Source of the DNA: Rhynchobatus australiae
Lineage: Eukaryota
NCBI GenBank assembly: GCA_034780895.1
Contig: JAUZTB010000098.1
Coordinates: 105,066,122 to 105,130,121 of the forward strand
Reading direction: 5' to 3'
DNA: 64,000 nucleotides
Positions 1 to 12,700 of this stretch are shown one piece after another. The position numbers were made by a program, and so were the translations under genes. The number at the start of each line of letters is the position of its first letter. The first letter of the stretch is position 1. A model generated the notes under the pieces. It saw nothing but the letters and a program-made list of their open reading frames with translations, ran no database searches and was not told the origin of the DNA.

Positions 1-866
1 CACATTAGATCAACATTAAGAAATATTTTCTGCACTTTGCTTGAAAAATAAGATTACATGGTTTCAATTAAAAGACAAGCCCTCTCCCATTGTTCCACAC
101 GCTCTCTGTGCAAGAGTTAGCTGCTATTCAGCATTATGCACCCTGTACGAAATTGGAGGGAGATGGAATTGGGGGAGGGGTTGGGAGCCTGCGGTACTGT
201 AACCCTATGGAATTAATGATCAGGGTTCATCTAATCTCTAGATTACAGGATAATCTGCGTGGTTTTGGTGAGGACTAGAAATGCAAAAAGGTATAAACTG
301 CAGTAATGATGCAAGGGGATTGGGCGGGGCATCACAGTGAAATCAGCTCCTGCTATGAACTCTCGATCTTTTTATAGATTCCGTCATGTTTGGATATTGA
401 TTTACTGAAATGCATAATTTCATTTTGTGAACTACCGCATTTCCTCTGCTGTTCCAATGCCACAGCTATTCTGTGGAAACCTCTTGGAGTTGCTAGGTAA
501 TCTGACGAGATCCCCGCAGGGGATTTAACCCGGCATCATTTCCTCCTTCTGTTTTACAACTTTTTTTTTCTCTGTCTCCTAATTCTCTCATTAGATCATG
601 GAAGGTGTCTCCGAAACGAGTTTCCTTGCAATTGCGACAGTCATTCTACGTTGGCTTTCGTTGCTTTCTAGCCGAATAGTTGCCTCAATGCACAAGATTA
701 ATAGTTATATTTCTTCGATGTTACACGTAGACAAGAAACCCCAGGCCACTGTAGATACAGCAGATACACAGTCTTGCAACGATGCACCTGGTATGTTGAA
801 AGTAAAGGATTATTGCAATAAAATATGCTTCTGTATTTGCGTCTGAGATCCTTAAGGAAGCATTTG

Positions 867-2402
867 CTCTCATGTTATTAAATGTTATTTTCTTTTGAAC
901 TCTGGGTCTCTCCGGTAGTAGCAGTGCGAGTTCTATGCAGAAAGGCTTTCGACCAGCGAGGATGTTTGATCGGGAGGTTATTGGACTGCATTCGTCCCTC
1001 GGTCGTTAAAGAATATTCTTTGGTTGATATACCACCAGACTATAAAACTGTCGGTAATCTCCATGTTTCCTGTACATACCTAAAACGAAACGGCGTGCTC
1101 ATGTAAATATAGCAGGAACCGCTTTGAGAGATGGCTTTGTGGTCTAAACTTTCCCTACGTTACAAATAACTTAAAATAAATCCGAAGTTGAGCTGTCAAA
1201 GATTTTAGCAGAGGGATGTCAGAAGAATAAAATGAAAAAAAAAGAAATGTAATTAAAATTAATCAGAAAAATACATAGCACGGGGGTGTCGAGCAGAGGA
1301 GAGACATCATATAACGTGTAAATAATAACATATTTTCTAAGTCTAAACATTCCTAGCTGAAAATAGGTTACCGCTACCGATTGTTCTTAGGTTTGAAATA
1401 ATTGATCTCCGACGAAAACTTGAAAGATCCGAGTCAATGGAAGGGGGCAATTGAATGAAAAGTAATACAATTCAACAGAATAAAATCAACATTTCATCCA
1501 TGCCACCCTATTTCATTAATAACAAAAATCAGGCTGTTAACTGAAGTCAAATATGCGCCAAGAACACCGACGTTCCCCAAAGTTCCATAAATTCATTTCC
1601 AAATAATATGAAGCAGGAAATTGGCAAAACTATTTTTTTCTATTTGACACTTTATTTCTCCATTTCCCAGGATTGCCAGTTTCTTCGTACGGTTGTCCTT
1701 TGATCATTGCGACCGCATGACTTTGTTGCAAATGTTGATAAATATCGTACAAATTATAATAGTCTGTCCAACATCTGAGGTAATGCTTGCATTCTGCTAT
1801 CTCGTCAGATTGTAACTTTGCTTATAAAACACTGATACTGTTTATTTAGCAACAACACCAAATTCTTATTTTCTTTTTATTACCAGGAATCCATGGATGC
1901 ATTTTACGCAGTATCGTTTGAGCAGATCGAATTGAAGGAAGCACAGAAGCATTGAAAGCGAGACACATGTTAATGCGATTATATAAAAACATTGTGGCCG
2001 TAACTCCAAATATTGCCAATTGTTTTAGAAATAAAAATGTGGTGAATAAAGCTTTGCAAGTATTGCTGGTCTCTAAGCAATGCTGTGCTGTTATGTCTTC
2101 CGCAGTTTTGGCATATTTGATCTTACACGATTGAAAATCGATAAATATTCAATTACAAACAATTTCTCAATTGCATAAATAGGTAGACAGACAGGCAAAC
2201 AGACAGACAGATAGGTAGACAGATAGCTGGAAAAGCAGACAGACAGGCAGAGAAGCAGACGGACAACGAGACAGAAGGACAAATTCAAAATGTTGGATAG
2301 CAACATAGTGTTTTCCAGAAATCTTGGCAAATTTCAGTTTATCTGGAACATTCTGTATTTTTGGAAATCCTGTCCGTTCAATTATGTGCTGGTTTTTTTC
2401 AT
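867..2402 (-). pseudogene. Putative highly degenerate HoxA8 pseudogene remnant (exon 1 ~1884-2402, intron 1080-1883, homeobox exon from 1079)
   Basis: Ordered Hox8-like relics lie on the Hox coding strand between HoxA9 and the out-of-window HoxA7. These are ST*LNGQDFQKYR (~SSYFVNPLFSKYK), then MHPWIP followed by a phase-1 G|GTAATA donor, then a tttcgttttag acceptor followed by RQFYS..YQ, IE..LPER and KITFNNMR (~KIWFQNRR). There are stops and several indels. Confidence 0.45.
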
Positions 2403-4600
2403 GCTATTCTAATAGATTTTTAGAATGTTATTGGAAGCTGATTGCAAACACACGAAAAAGACTTTATGCAACATTAAGATTATGTTGCGCACCAGCAGAT
2501 CACACTGAAAATGCAGCTGGTAACTTTACACTTCAATAGACAAAGTAGCAACGAGCACTTGATCACGGAGCATATATTTGAAATGCGATTGAATAATAAC
2601 ATATACCATGTCTATCAGCATATTTTGAAATACCTTTATATCAATTCCATTACAAGTCATTTGCTGTAGTTTGGAATCTTATTATACGGCTGTAAAACTT
2701 CCACGTTCTTCTGTGCAGCTTATTAAAATGAATGGAAGCCTAGTCTTTCTAAATTAGCATTGCGTTGTAGCAAGAATGTGCAAACACACGCATACGGATA
2801 CACGTTTAAATATATAAAGGTCACCAGCATCATTTTGGAAAATATATCGTGAGATGATTATCATTCATGTGATGGTATTTGCGTGGCTATTCGACAAACT
2901 TTTGAATCCATATACTCTACTTTTCAACGTGGTGAAAGATCCCCTTTTTTTTCCAAGCGGTAAAGACGAACATATTACCAATAAAGGAGTTGTGCGATTT
3001 TGACTTTCAAAATAAACTTGTGTGAATTTATTTAAATATTCCGATTCTTGTAATAAATAGACCTTCTTTGACGCCGACCACCCCTTCGTTCATTCCAAGA
3101 CCAATATGGGGGAGTTTCTATAGAGACTGCCCTTTAAAAATTATATGCTTAAATGTCGCAGTTTGACCCAACGATAAAATATTATGTAGGTGACAGTATA
3201 TATAAAAAAAAACAAACGTGTATCCTCTTAAATCAGCTTTTTTGGCTACCATTGTCAAATTTAATTGAATTATTAATGATTTCAAGAGAATTCTAAAACT
3301 TAGTTAATTGTATTTACTGGGCATTTCACGACGTCCTTATATAATAATTATCTATATTTAAATCTTTTGTTGCACTGAAATAGCAACTTCGCTCTGTCAA
3401 GTTCTCTGAGTTTACATAAAATAAAATCACATTTCAGGGATCTCTCGTTTCATACAGAAAAAGGGAAGGTTATATATATGTGCATAATTGGACGAACGTA
3501 ATACTGCCGCTGACTGAATATGATATATTTTCTGGTATTACGGTTGATTTTTAATATATTATAACTTGAGGTCTAATTGCAAAATATATAGGTGAATTAA
3601 TCATACAGATTTTATTTTCCTCCAGTGAGTTACGTCTAACTAGATTCCTTCTGCTTTTCTTGAAAAAAATCACCATAAACAACGTACATGCAACCATATG
3701 CATGAAACTGAATGCGTGTCTGTCTGAATACATGCATTTGTGTTATATTTGCATGGATGAACGTACGTATTCATGCACGTAGTTTATATGCACGATTTTA
3801 TGTACGGATATTAAAGATTCGTTTTCAAGTAACTTTTAATCGCCCTCCATTATTGCAAACAGCACAGTAGGACTGAGGTATGGAGTGGAAGATAATCAAT
3901 TTAAATCGTCTTATTGTACATTAAAAATAAAACACTAAAGTACAAATGGTTTTTGAGACCCTGTGTGAAGTGGAATTAATCTGTTCACAAATGAGTTGAT
4001 GGATTCAAAATGAATATACTCCATCGACCACAGCCCGATTTTACAAGTGTCATTTGTCGTAGATGTTTTCATCCTATTTACAACCTACTGTATAAATAAA
4101 TCCCAGCATATAGTAGTTATTGCACTTTTTGGCAGCTTGGCGGCACTCTTTTTAAACTCTTTTGTGGATTAATACCGCCATCTCCTGGCTGTAGAGCGAT
4201 CCTGCTGCGAAGAAATTGCTGACCGTGAATGCCCAGAAAGCTTTTTCTGAACTGTGTTGAATCTAATAACTTTATCGATTTTAATCAGGTATTTTATTAC
4301 ATCTACCAAATTTAATATCAAGCATTTTAAACCAGGCTTAAAAATAACTAAATATCGGTTATTTTTCCACTAGACGCAATAAATTGGTAAAGAGATATGT
4401 GAGGGGCCCATGTTAGAGACGAGACTAATAAAGGTCGTTATTTCCGCAGACCCTTTTGTCTAAGCAGCCAGACAAAACAAATGGATGGCCTTCCCTGGAA
4501 AAATACTGATTGTAGCTGGACAGTTGTAAACTCATTAAAACCTGAATTCCAGACGGCTTGCCAGACCCTTTATTTTATTGCAAGTCTCCCTGTTTAGTCT

Positions 4601-4632
4601 TTGAAGTTCCATATGCAACAACAGAGGGCGTC
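4601..4632 (+). promoter_or_regulatory. Candidate CTCF site between HoxA7 and HoxA9
   Basis: The core ACAACAGAGGGCGTC resembles CCASYAGRKGGCRS and is preceded by TGAAGTTCC, which resembles the CTCF upstream motif. The position matches the known A7|A9 boundary. Confidence 0.55.
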
Positions 4633-5166
4633 GCGACATTATAACCCTCCAGACTGAACACTTAAAAATAAAATAAAGCAATTTCAATTTACCAACTGTT
4701 TTAATATCATAATAAAAATTTATTTTAATTACTGTAAGCCCTATTCGCGTGTTTGCTCTAGACATGAAGAATACTTCGATCGTCAGTGTTGTGTTTATGT
4801 ACTTCGCCCCTTAACCTCCAGCGTTTTACACCCCATAAACGCTTACAGCAGTCATTTTCTTTTATTGCGGTACACCACTCTGAATTTTACTAACGACAGC
4901 CACTGCCAAGACTTGCAGCTACTCGGGTCTTTCCGTCCAAATTCCAAATCATTTGAATCCCACTAAATCCATCCAAACTGTCTTCGGGGTTTTTAAAAGT
5001 TACTAGGGATCTTACAATCAGGGAGGAAGTCGCATAGATGGCCAAATCGTGTACTTTTTGTTAGTGGTGAAACGCTTAAGACTAATTTAACTTCCTTTGC
5101 TTTCAAAGGCTCCGAGGCTTTTGTGTTGATTTGTTAAAGAAATGGCGGCAAGGACGAGACCAAGCT

Positions 5167-5218
5167 GAATATATATATATATATTCTATAGATAGATAGA
5201 TAGATAGATATAGATATA
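5167..5218. repeat. (TA)n/(GATA)n microsatellite
   Basis: Directly visible atatatat and gatagatagata tracts. Confidence 0.9.
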
Positions 5219-6188
5219 TTCGCTTCATTATAATATGATTAAATCCCAACTCGGGCAACCGGATCAAGGTTATCCATTTCCACTTCGAGTAAAAGCACTG
5301 CATTTCTTGCATAAGTAACTATAAGTAACCCACCACAAATCTTATAAATAGCCAGCCGCATTGGAGCATGGCCAAGCGACAAATACAAGTTGTTGGTGCA
5401 CTTTTGCAGGTTCTCGGGTTAATTGGTGATAACTGGGCGTTAAGCTCAAATGTATTCAGACCCTGCGTTATCAAATCCGCTTTCCAAAACAAAGTTGCTA
5501 CCTCACCGTTTATGATCCCTTTTTTCGGAGAAACCTCAAACTCTGGTCGAGTTTTAGGTAACAACTAAACATCCCATGTTTATTCCAGGAGACCCAGACA
5601 TTGAATTACATTTTGAATGCCGGGACTTTGGAAAGAAATCTAATAGCTTTTGTTGAAGTAATCGCTAAATTTTGCAAAACTGTGTGTTGACATTAGAGAC
5701 TAAACGTTAGTAGTAAACGGGATTAATTTCTTGAAATTGATATATATTCTTGTTACTTCATTATCCAGCTGTTGTAAAGTTTGGGGTTTGATTCTGATAT
5801 TTCAGATCTCAAACATCCGTAAAGAGACTGATGAATATTTTTGAAAATGCTGTAAGTACGACGAGTTTCGAAAATTCCGAAATCAGTGCGGCATTGATGA
5901 AATATAGTCGGGGCCAGAGTCCTATGCATTTCCATACATTGGATTTCCAAGAAGCGAAAACATGTTTTATGTAGTGAAACATATATTTTATTAGACAACA
6001 AATAAAATGACATTTCATTATTTTAAATGTTNNNNNNNNNNNNNNNNNNNNNNNNNNNNNNNNNNNNNNNNNNNCAAGTTTAAATGTGTTAGCTCGGCAG
6101 GTCCAAAGAAAACCCCATTTAAAACACATTAATGGTATATGTTCTTTCTATTGCACCCAGATATTTTCCTTGTATTGTACACATTACA

Positions 6189-6194
6189 TTTATT
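6189..6194 (-). terminator. Candidate HoxA9 polyadenylation signal AATAAA
   Basis: TTTATT on the + strand about 0.9 kb past the HoxA9 stop, just beyond the miR-196 sites. Confidence 0.5.
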
Positions 6195-6264
6195 GACAAT
6201 ATTGTTTCTTTCATCGCATAAATGCAACTAGACAGTTTTAAGAGTGACATTTACACACAAAACA

Positions 6265-6297
6265 TAGGTAGTTACTAGTTATACATATAGGTAGTTT
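6265..6297 (-). promoter_or_regulatory. Tandem miR-196 8mer target sites in HoxA9 3' UTR
   Basis: TAGGTAGTT at 6265-6273 and TAGGTAGTTT at 6288-6297 on + read as ACUACCUA on the mRNA, complementary to the miR-196 seed. Confidence 0.75.
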
Positions 6298-6871
6298 TAA
6301 ACCAAATCTTATACTTTTCTTTGCACCACAACACCGATAAATAGAAAGTGTTTGAGAACTTTATTCGTGCTTTCATCACAATAGACAATAGTATCGTGTA
6401 GCAGTATGTTCAGCGCTGCCCTTTTTAAATAAAACTTATATTAGCATTCTATGCAATTCAGTTTCATATATTTGCTGAAGAACAACACAATCGTCATGCA
6501 CCCAGCAAGGCCGTTACTCAGTCTCACAAAGACAGCATAAAGCCTGGCGTTTTTACAAGTTAATTCACAGTGAAAATAATACAATATATGTCCCAAGTTC
6601 ACCACGAAAATAACATTTCATATCCAACACACAGCCTGTTAGTTTTATATTAAACATCCTGAGTTGAATTGAGATTTTTCTTTTGTTTGTTTACACGATC
6701 TTTACTCAGACACCGCCCAAGCACAGAGGCCCAGTCACAGAGATAATCACAACAGACACAAGGATTCAAGTATATAGGCAGCCTCGTTTGCTGCATGTAA
6801 AACAAGTAAATATTAAACTACTACAGTATTACTGAATTACTGTCCGCGTAGAATAGCGGTGGATTAAGAGA

Positions 6872-6886
6872 AGGTAGTTTTCATGT
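6872..6886 (-). promoter_or_regulatory. miR-196 7mer-m8 site with extended 3' pairing in HoxA9 3' UTR
   Basis: + strand AGGTAGTTTTCATGT versus mature miR UAGGUAGUUUCAUGU, with one bulged base. Confidence 0.65.
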
Positions 6887-7114
6887 AAAGGTAGATTCCG
6901 TAGCCACAGACTTAACCTTGCCGTAGATGTCTCCCTCTTTGGTTCCCGTCTAACAAGTGTGTTAGTCTTTCCCAACAAGTATAGTCCAGAACTGGCAAAG
7001 GAATAATTTGTGCTGATGGCATGATAAAATGTTCATAATGTCTTTCTAAGCAGGGTCTGTTCCGATTGCAATTGTGAATTAGTTCTTTTCTCTCCCAAAA
7101 TATTTTAATCCGTG

Positions 7115-7356
7115 TCACCGATCATCTTTAGGTCGTTCCTTATTAATTTTCTTCATCTTCATTCTTCTATTCTGAAACCAGATTTTAACTTGCCGTTCGG
7201 TGAGATTGAGAACCCTGGCCACTTCGTATCTGCGGTCTCTTGTGAGGTACATATTAAACAAGAATTCTTTTTCCAGCTCCAGCGTCTGATGTTTGGTGTA
7301 AGGGCAGCGTTTTTTTCTGGTGGACCTTGCATGCAGCCAGTTGGCGGAAGGGTTAT
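7115..7356 (-). CDS. HOXA9: HoxA9 exon 2 (homeodomain)
   Basis: The acceptor ttcag|AT is followed by [79 protein letters not shown], a paralog-9 homeodomain. It is 242 nt and phase-compatible with exon 1. Confidence 0.97.
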
Positions 7357-8015
7357 CTGAAAGTGTAAANNNNNNNNNNACATTTACTATATTTCCCTTC
7401 CCATGTTGGTCAAATATTGTAATATTCTCAGAATCAAAACACCTTTACAGATAAAAAAAAGGTGGGGAACTCTGGATTCATGAAGCTGTTTGCTGCAAAT
7501 TCATATGTTTACACAGATTATTAAACTCTGACACGCAGGGTCCTGTTCAATGAATAGAGTCTATGAATAGAATTTTTTTAAAAGCGAGATAAAATGGTAG
7601 TATTGAGAGACTTTGTTAAGAAAAGTAAAATGTTGCTTGTTTGCATTGTGTATTGCGTGCATTTTATCTTTCCAGTGAACTTATCTCCATCACATTTACT
7701 TGCACCAGATGCACTTGAATTACAGAGTCTGTAATTAATATCTTAGATNNNNNNNNNNNNNNNNNNNNNNNNNNNNNNNNNNNNNNNNNNNNNNNNNNNN
7801 NNNNNNNNNNNNNNNNNNNNNNNNNNNNNNNNNNNNNNNNNNNNNNNNNNNNNNNNNNNNNNNNNNNNNNNNNNNNNNNNNNNNNNNNNNNNNNNNNNNN
7901 NNNGATTTTTTTTATTTCTCTACGCAATGAAAAAGTCAGATATATAAAATGGTTCTAATTTATAATCCTTAGATAGAAAAGTAAAATAAAAAAAATGTGA
8001 GATTTCCATACTTAC

Positions 8016-8556
8016 TTGGATCCATGTGGAGCTTATCTGCGTTTGACTCAACTTCTCCACTATTGTCAGAAAAAGAAATCTCGGCCAGCCGTTTATCACC
8101 AGGAGATGCTCCACAAGAATATTCTGAGAGGGCTAACGTGTGTGTTTCAAACGTAGTGCAGTCATTCCTGCGGGCAGCTGCAGGGTCAGGTTTGATGCCG
8201 TAGTGTCTACTGGAAGGTAACCCGGGAAAGGACAAGGTCCCCGGCATGGGATCTAGCCAGGAGCGCATGTACCTACCATCAGGCGTGGCGGCAATAGGTG
8301 CCTGGTGCATGTATGGGTGATAAACAGCGGGCATGTTGGCAGAACTCTGAGCATGGACCGGGTTCCAGGACGTGCCGAACACGGTCGCTTTAGACTGGAA
8401 GTTACATGGGGAAAAATCGGGGTGCTCAGCAAGGGCTGCCTGCCTGGAAGACTGAGCCAGAGGACCCGACGCATATCTGGACGACAGCAGATCCTCGTTC
8501 TCATGCATTATAAGAGAGTCGACATAATAATTGCTGATAGTCCCCGATGTCGACAT
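8016..8556 (-). CDS. HOXA9: HoxA9 exon 1
   Basis: ATG at 8556 gives MSTSGTISNYYVDSLI...PDGRYMRSWL...HYGIKP, the Hox9 activation region. Donor is A|GTAAGT. Spliced CDS is 783 nt = 260 aa. Confidence 0.96.
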
Positions 8557-8659
8557 TCTCGGCAATGACACAGCAAGCGCCTCTGAAAATATGAAAGAGC
8601 AGATTTCAATATAACAACTTACCGCCGGGACAAGTACAGTCCGCTAATATGGTGCAAGT

Positions 8660-8800
8660 GCACTTCCACGCCATTGGATAGATCGCCCACGTGATTCAAA
8701 AAACAACAATAAAATATAAATCAATCCGCAGCTTGTAGCGGGGTCAATCTTTTATAGTCATAATTTTATATAGCAACTCCATATGTTTTTTTATGCAACG
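8660..8800 (-). promoter_or_regulatory. HoxA9 proximal promoter: CCAAT box, E-box, PBX-HOX site
   Basis: ATTGG at 8673-8677, CACGTG at 8688-8693, TGATTTAT (minus strand) at 8716-8723, and several TTTAT motifs. Confidence 0.55.
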
Positions 8801-9729
8801 GGATATAATCACTTCTATATAAGGACGCCGATTTCCTTCTGCCAACTGAAATGCAAAAATATATTCGGTTGAATTTCTTTTCTTAGGGGACTACTTTATA
8901 TCATAATCAATCTTCCCATCAGATGCTCGTTTTTTTTTAACGAACACCTTATAATCGTTAACCTTCTCATAAAACATTATGGAAAGAGTGAAACTATAAA
9001 CTGCAAAAAAACAACCAAGAATGAGATCGGGAAGGTATTTATTATTCATGCTTTGTGGGGGGAAAAAAAACTAAAATTCAAATACATTTTTAACCAAATA
9101 AAAATCGTTAACGAAGTTTTAAAGGCTACCTCTGAGAAGTGCGAGTGTACCTGCAGCTGCTAGGCATCTTTCATTTTAAAAACGAGACGCACATTAAACC
9201 CACTGTGTCAATCTCCGTTTTATAACAGTTTGAGCAATAAAACTACATGTTAGCAAACTATAGCCATTGCAAAACGACTCTTTACCTACAATAAACCATA
9301 ATTAATTACAACTTCCGCATTCAACGTGCTATTTCGGTTGACAGATGCAGATGTACGGATGATATTAATTTGTTCGGAAATCCAGTAGTTCCCGCATCTT
9401 GCTCTTCGTATTGGTGGACATTCCCTTCCATTCATTCACTGGCGGATTATGTGGGCGTAAATTGCAAAGCTTTCCTTCACTGACGGTATCTGGAAATCTC
9501 ATCTCTTATATGGTTAAGATAGATTCCTTTCAATAGCAAATAAAAGCAAACCGTTAGAAATATAATAAATAGAAAACGTAAGAGGCCTATTTCCGTGGAT
9601 TTCGCCAGCATCCGTAATGATAGTTTCATTTACTACCTTTCCTATTTTCTCGACATATTAAATATTACAACGAGGTACTGTGCTTTGAAACCTAACTGGG
9701 CCTAACCTTATTCCCCCCCTTCCCACCCG

Positions 9730-9752
9730 CTCTCTCTCTCTCTCTCTCTCTC
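9730..9752. repeat. (CT)n microsatellite
   Basis: Directly visible. Confidence 0.9.
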
Positions 9753-12700
9753 ACGAACACATGTTCTATCGATATGTATTATATGTGTGAATATGTACGT
9801 CTAAAGCGATGGATGTTATTATTAACAAGATTAAAATTAACATAAGGAATATTTCAGAAGTCCGGTATCATGGCCTGGTCTAGTTTTTAAGTAAATAAAC
9901 GTGTAATGTATTTAATATAAAATCGATGAAACAACTTCAGAAATATTTCGTAATCAGTGGTCGTTGGTGCTATAATCATTTTCGCGTAGAATAACTTATC
10001 CTTGCTATTCGAATGTGAAATATTTTATTTTGTGTTTAATGATCGGATGTCAATGCGTTTGTTTATTTGGTTTCCCTGCACTGGAATCGCAGGGTAAAAT
10101 GGTAATGTTTTACTGCGTCTCAATGGGACACCTTTTAAAATATATTTCTCTGTAAGCAGCATCTCAAAATCTGTGAAAGAATTAATAACAGCTATTCTAA
10201 ATGACTGGCACTGAGCCCAGTTTTGTTTCATTTAAAAAATACCCTTGGACCTTTCAGGCCAAATAATTAGATTTGGCCGCTGGATCTGTCGGTTCGCAAC
10301 TGAGCCTTATTGTTTCAGTTCTAATTTTATCCTCATTTGCGGCTATTTGACCAACTATATGTGAAAAAAAAATCTGCATAAAATGAAGTTGAGAAAAAAA
10401 TCTCTTGGTGTACCTCGACAGTAGCAACAACGTAAAATTCAACGTCTTTCTCCGCAATTAATGTGAAGTACTTGAACTGTTGCGTTCCATCTGATAACAC
10501 AGAAATAGTGATGAAACAAAGGCAATTATCAGATGCCACTTTAAGCCAACGTGCTGTCGTCGTTGTGGTGAATAGCTTGCTCCCACATACACCCTCCTTA
10601 ACACTGCTGCCCTCAACCCCACAACCATCCGCTGATTGTACAAACCTTAGGTTGCAAATAACTGAAATGCAACGTCCTTTTCTCGGTGTTTATTTCCAAA
10701 AAAAATCTGATTAATTACATTTTTCTCCACACTCCTTTGACTTTTCACCGTTTGGGAGAGTGGGTCGGGAAGGAGGGTTCTTGTGGGTGGTATGGTGGGT
10801 GGTGCGGGGGGGGGAGACTAAAGTGTGAGTTGTTGTGGCTGTTGGCGGGGGGTGTTGGAGCGCTTCAGCCGTCGCTTGCGTGCGGACATGAGTATCAGGT
10901 CAGCGGAACGTTACAGTGAAAACTGGTGGAGTGATGAGGTCTAGAGCAGAATCAAGAACCATTCAAGTCCAGTGTTGAGCCTCAGGCAGTAAAAAAAAGA
11001 CGTTTTGCGTTTCCTGTGCAGCTGGTCTGAAATTGGGATTCAAATGTTGAATTTTATATATATAAAGTGAAGCCACGGGGCCCTGAATCCGCACCTCGCT
11101 AAAAAGAGCCGTTCATCTCATTAAAATTAAGGTTCTTTTTCAAGGAGATTTATAAAAACGACTAACCATTAAAGCAAAAGTTGGAATGTGCCGCGTCTAG
11201 CTGTGATCCTAAAGATTTATAGTTTGTATGAAATGCTTGATTTTAAACGATATAGTTGAATTCGTTACAAGTAGTGTAATGATAACTCAATTCCCCCCAA
11301 TAGCTAATCCATTCCCCCACCCCCACTAAGAAAGATAGTTACGAATTTTGATGGTTTGTCCGGTTTAGATTTTCAGTTTCGAGTTTTGTTCAGGCGTTCA
11401 ATACGGGAAGCTCATATGTTATTTGCAAGATACAGCTCGCAAGCAAGGATATTTAAAAAAAAAGAACAGCAGAAAAAGAGAGAGAAAATACCTTACCGTT
11501 CTTGGATGCAATTCGCTAAAGTTCTCCAATAAATTGTTATAATGCAGCATAGATGCAGAGTATTCAACAACATAGAGGGACGCAGCAATGCATCTACTTC
11601 ACGTTTAATATTTATTTGATGGAGGGATCTATCATATCTCATTGTACAACAAGGCGAGTGGATCAAAGATAAAGCAAAACTGCCCTTTTCGTGCAGTGTC
11701 GAGTTGATCTGATATGTTTTTCCCCCCTTTGGAATTACGTTTGTTGCAAATAAGTAGCACATCTTTATTAATTCGTGCAAACATTATAGAAATGAAAGTT
11801 CTGTCAAAAGTATTAACCGATGCTTTCTCAAAAATTATTTCAATCCTTTAAGGAATTACCCGGACAAATGGGACATTCATTGAATACACCTTTGTATCCA
11901 GAATTATTTGGCAAAACTGGGATAAAGCTGACAGATAAAATTTTAAGAATGACACAGCCTAGAAATGTGGAATTTTTTTTTGGCTTTTCGGTCCTATCTT
12001 TTAAAATAACGCTGACGCCTTTATTTCCGTTCAGATAACATCTGTGTGAAAATGCAGAGCCCAATTTGTAGAGACACAGTGCGTGAGGACGACAAAGATC
12101 TTTCATCGTTTCGTGTCTGATTAGCTGTAAGCAAAATAATTCGACAAAGATTCAAAATATATGATTTGAATCCTGGAGATGTTTACATACGAGAGGAATC
12201 AAAATCAGTCTAATCGCTTTACAACTAACCACTCGCGTTTAGCTGCAAACAAGTCATGTCTGACTATAGTCTGCGAAACCAAACATTATATTGGGGTGTT
12301 GCATGTTTACGAATAATTGAATCGCATTTTAGTTCATTCACAGCAACCCGTAATTAAATACCCGATTTAAAACGGTAAAGATGGAATGCATGCACTGATC
12401 TTTCCTTGACAGGAAAGCGAACTTTTAATTTAACATTAATGAAGGGAACGACAAAACTGTCGCGGTTTCCCTTTTTATAAGATTATAAATCATATCAACC
12501 TCGGAGATAATTGCGAACAACGCACAAATATTACAATTGAGGGTATAACAAGAATGATTCTCAAACATAAAATAATTTGTACGATTAGGTTTGTCAGATA
12601 AGTCATATGTGAAGGACATTACATTGGTAAAAAGTATTATTAATATTGCTGATATAAAACACTATTCGATATTTAGTCGGATACATAATAATTAAAGAAA

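Noticed and set aside
8557-8571. N-terminal extensions of ORF-track calls for HoxA9 (MSLPR) and HoxA13 (MGAFKT..., 46057-46101)
   Set aside because: They start at non-ATG codons chosen by a prokaryote-style ORF finder. The conserved ATG starts are at 8556 and 46056.
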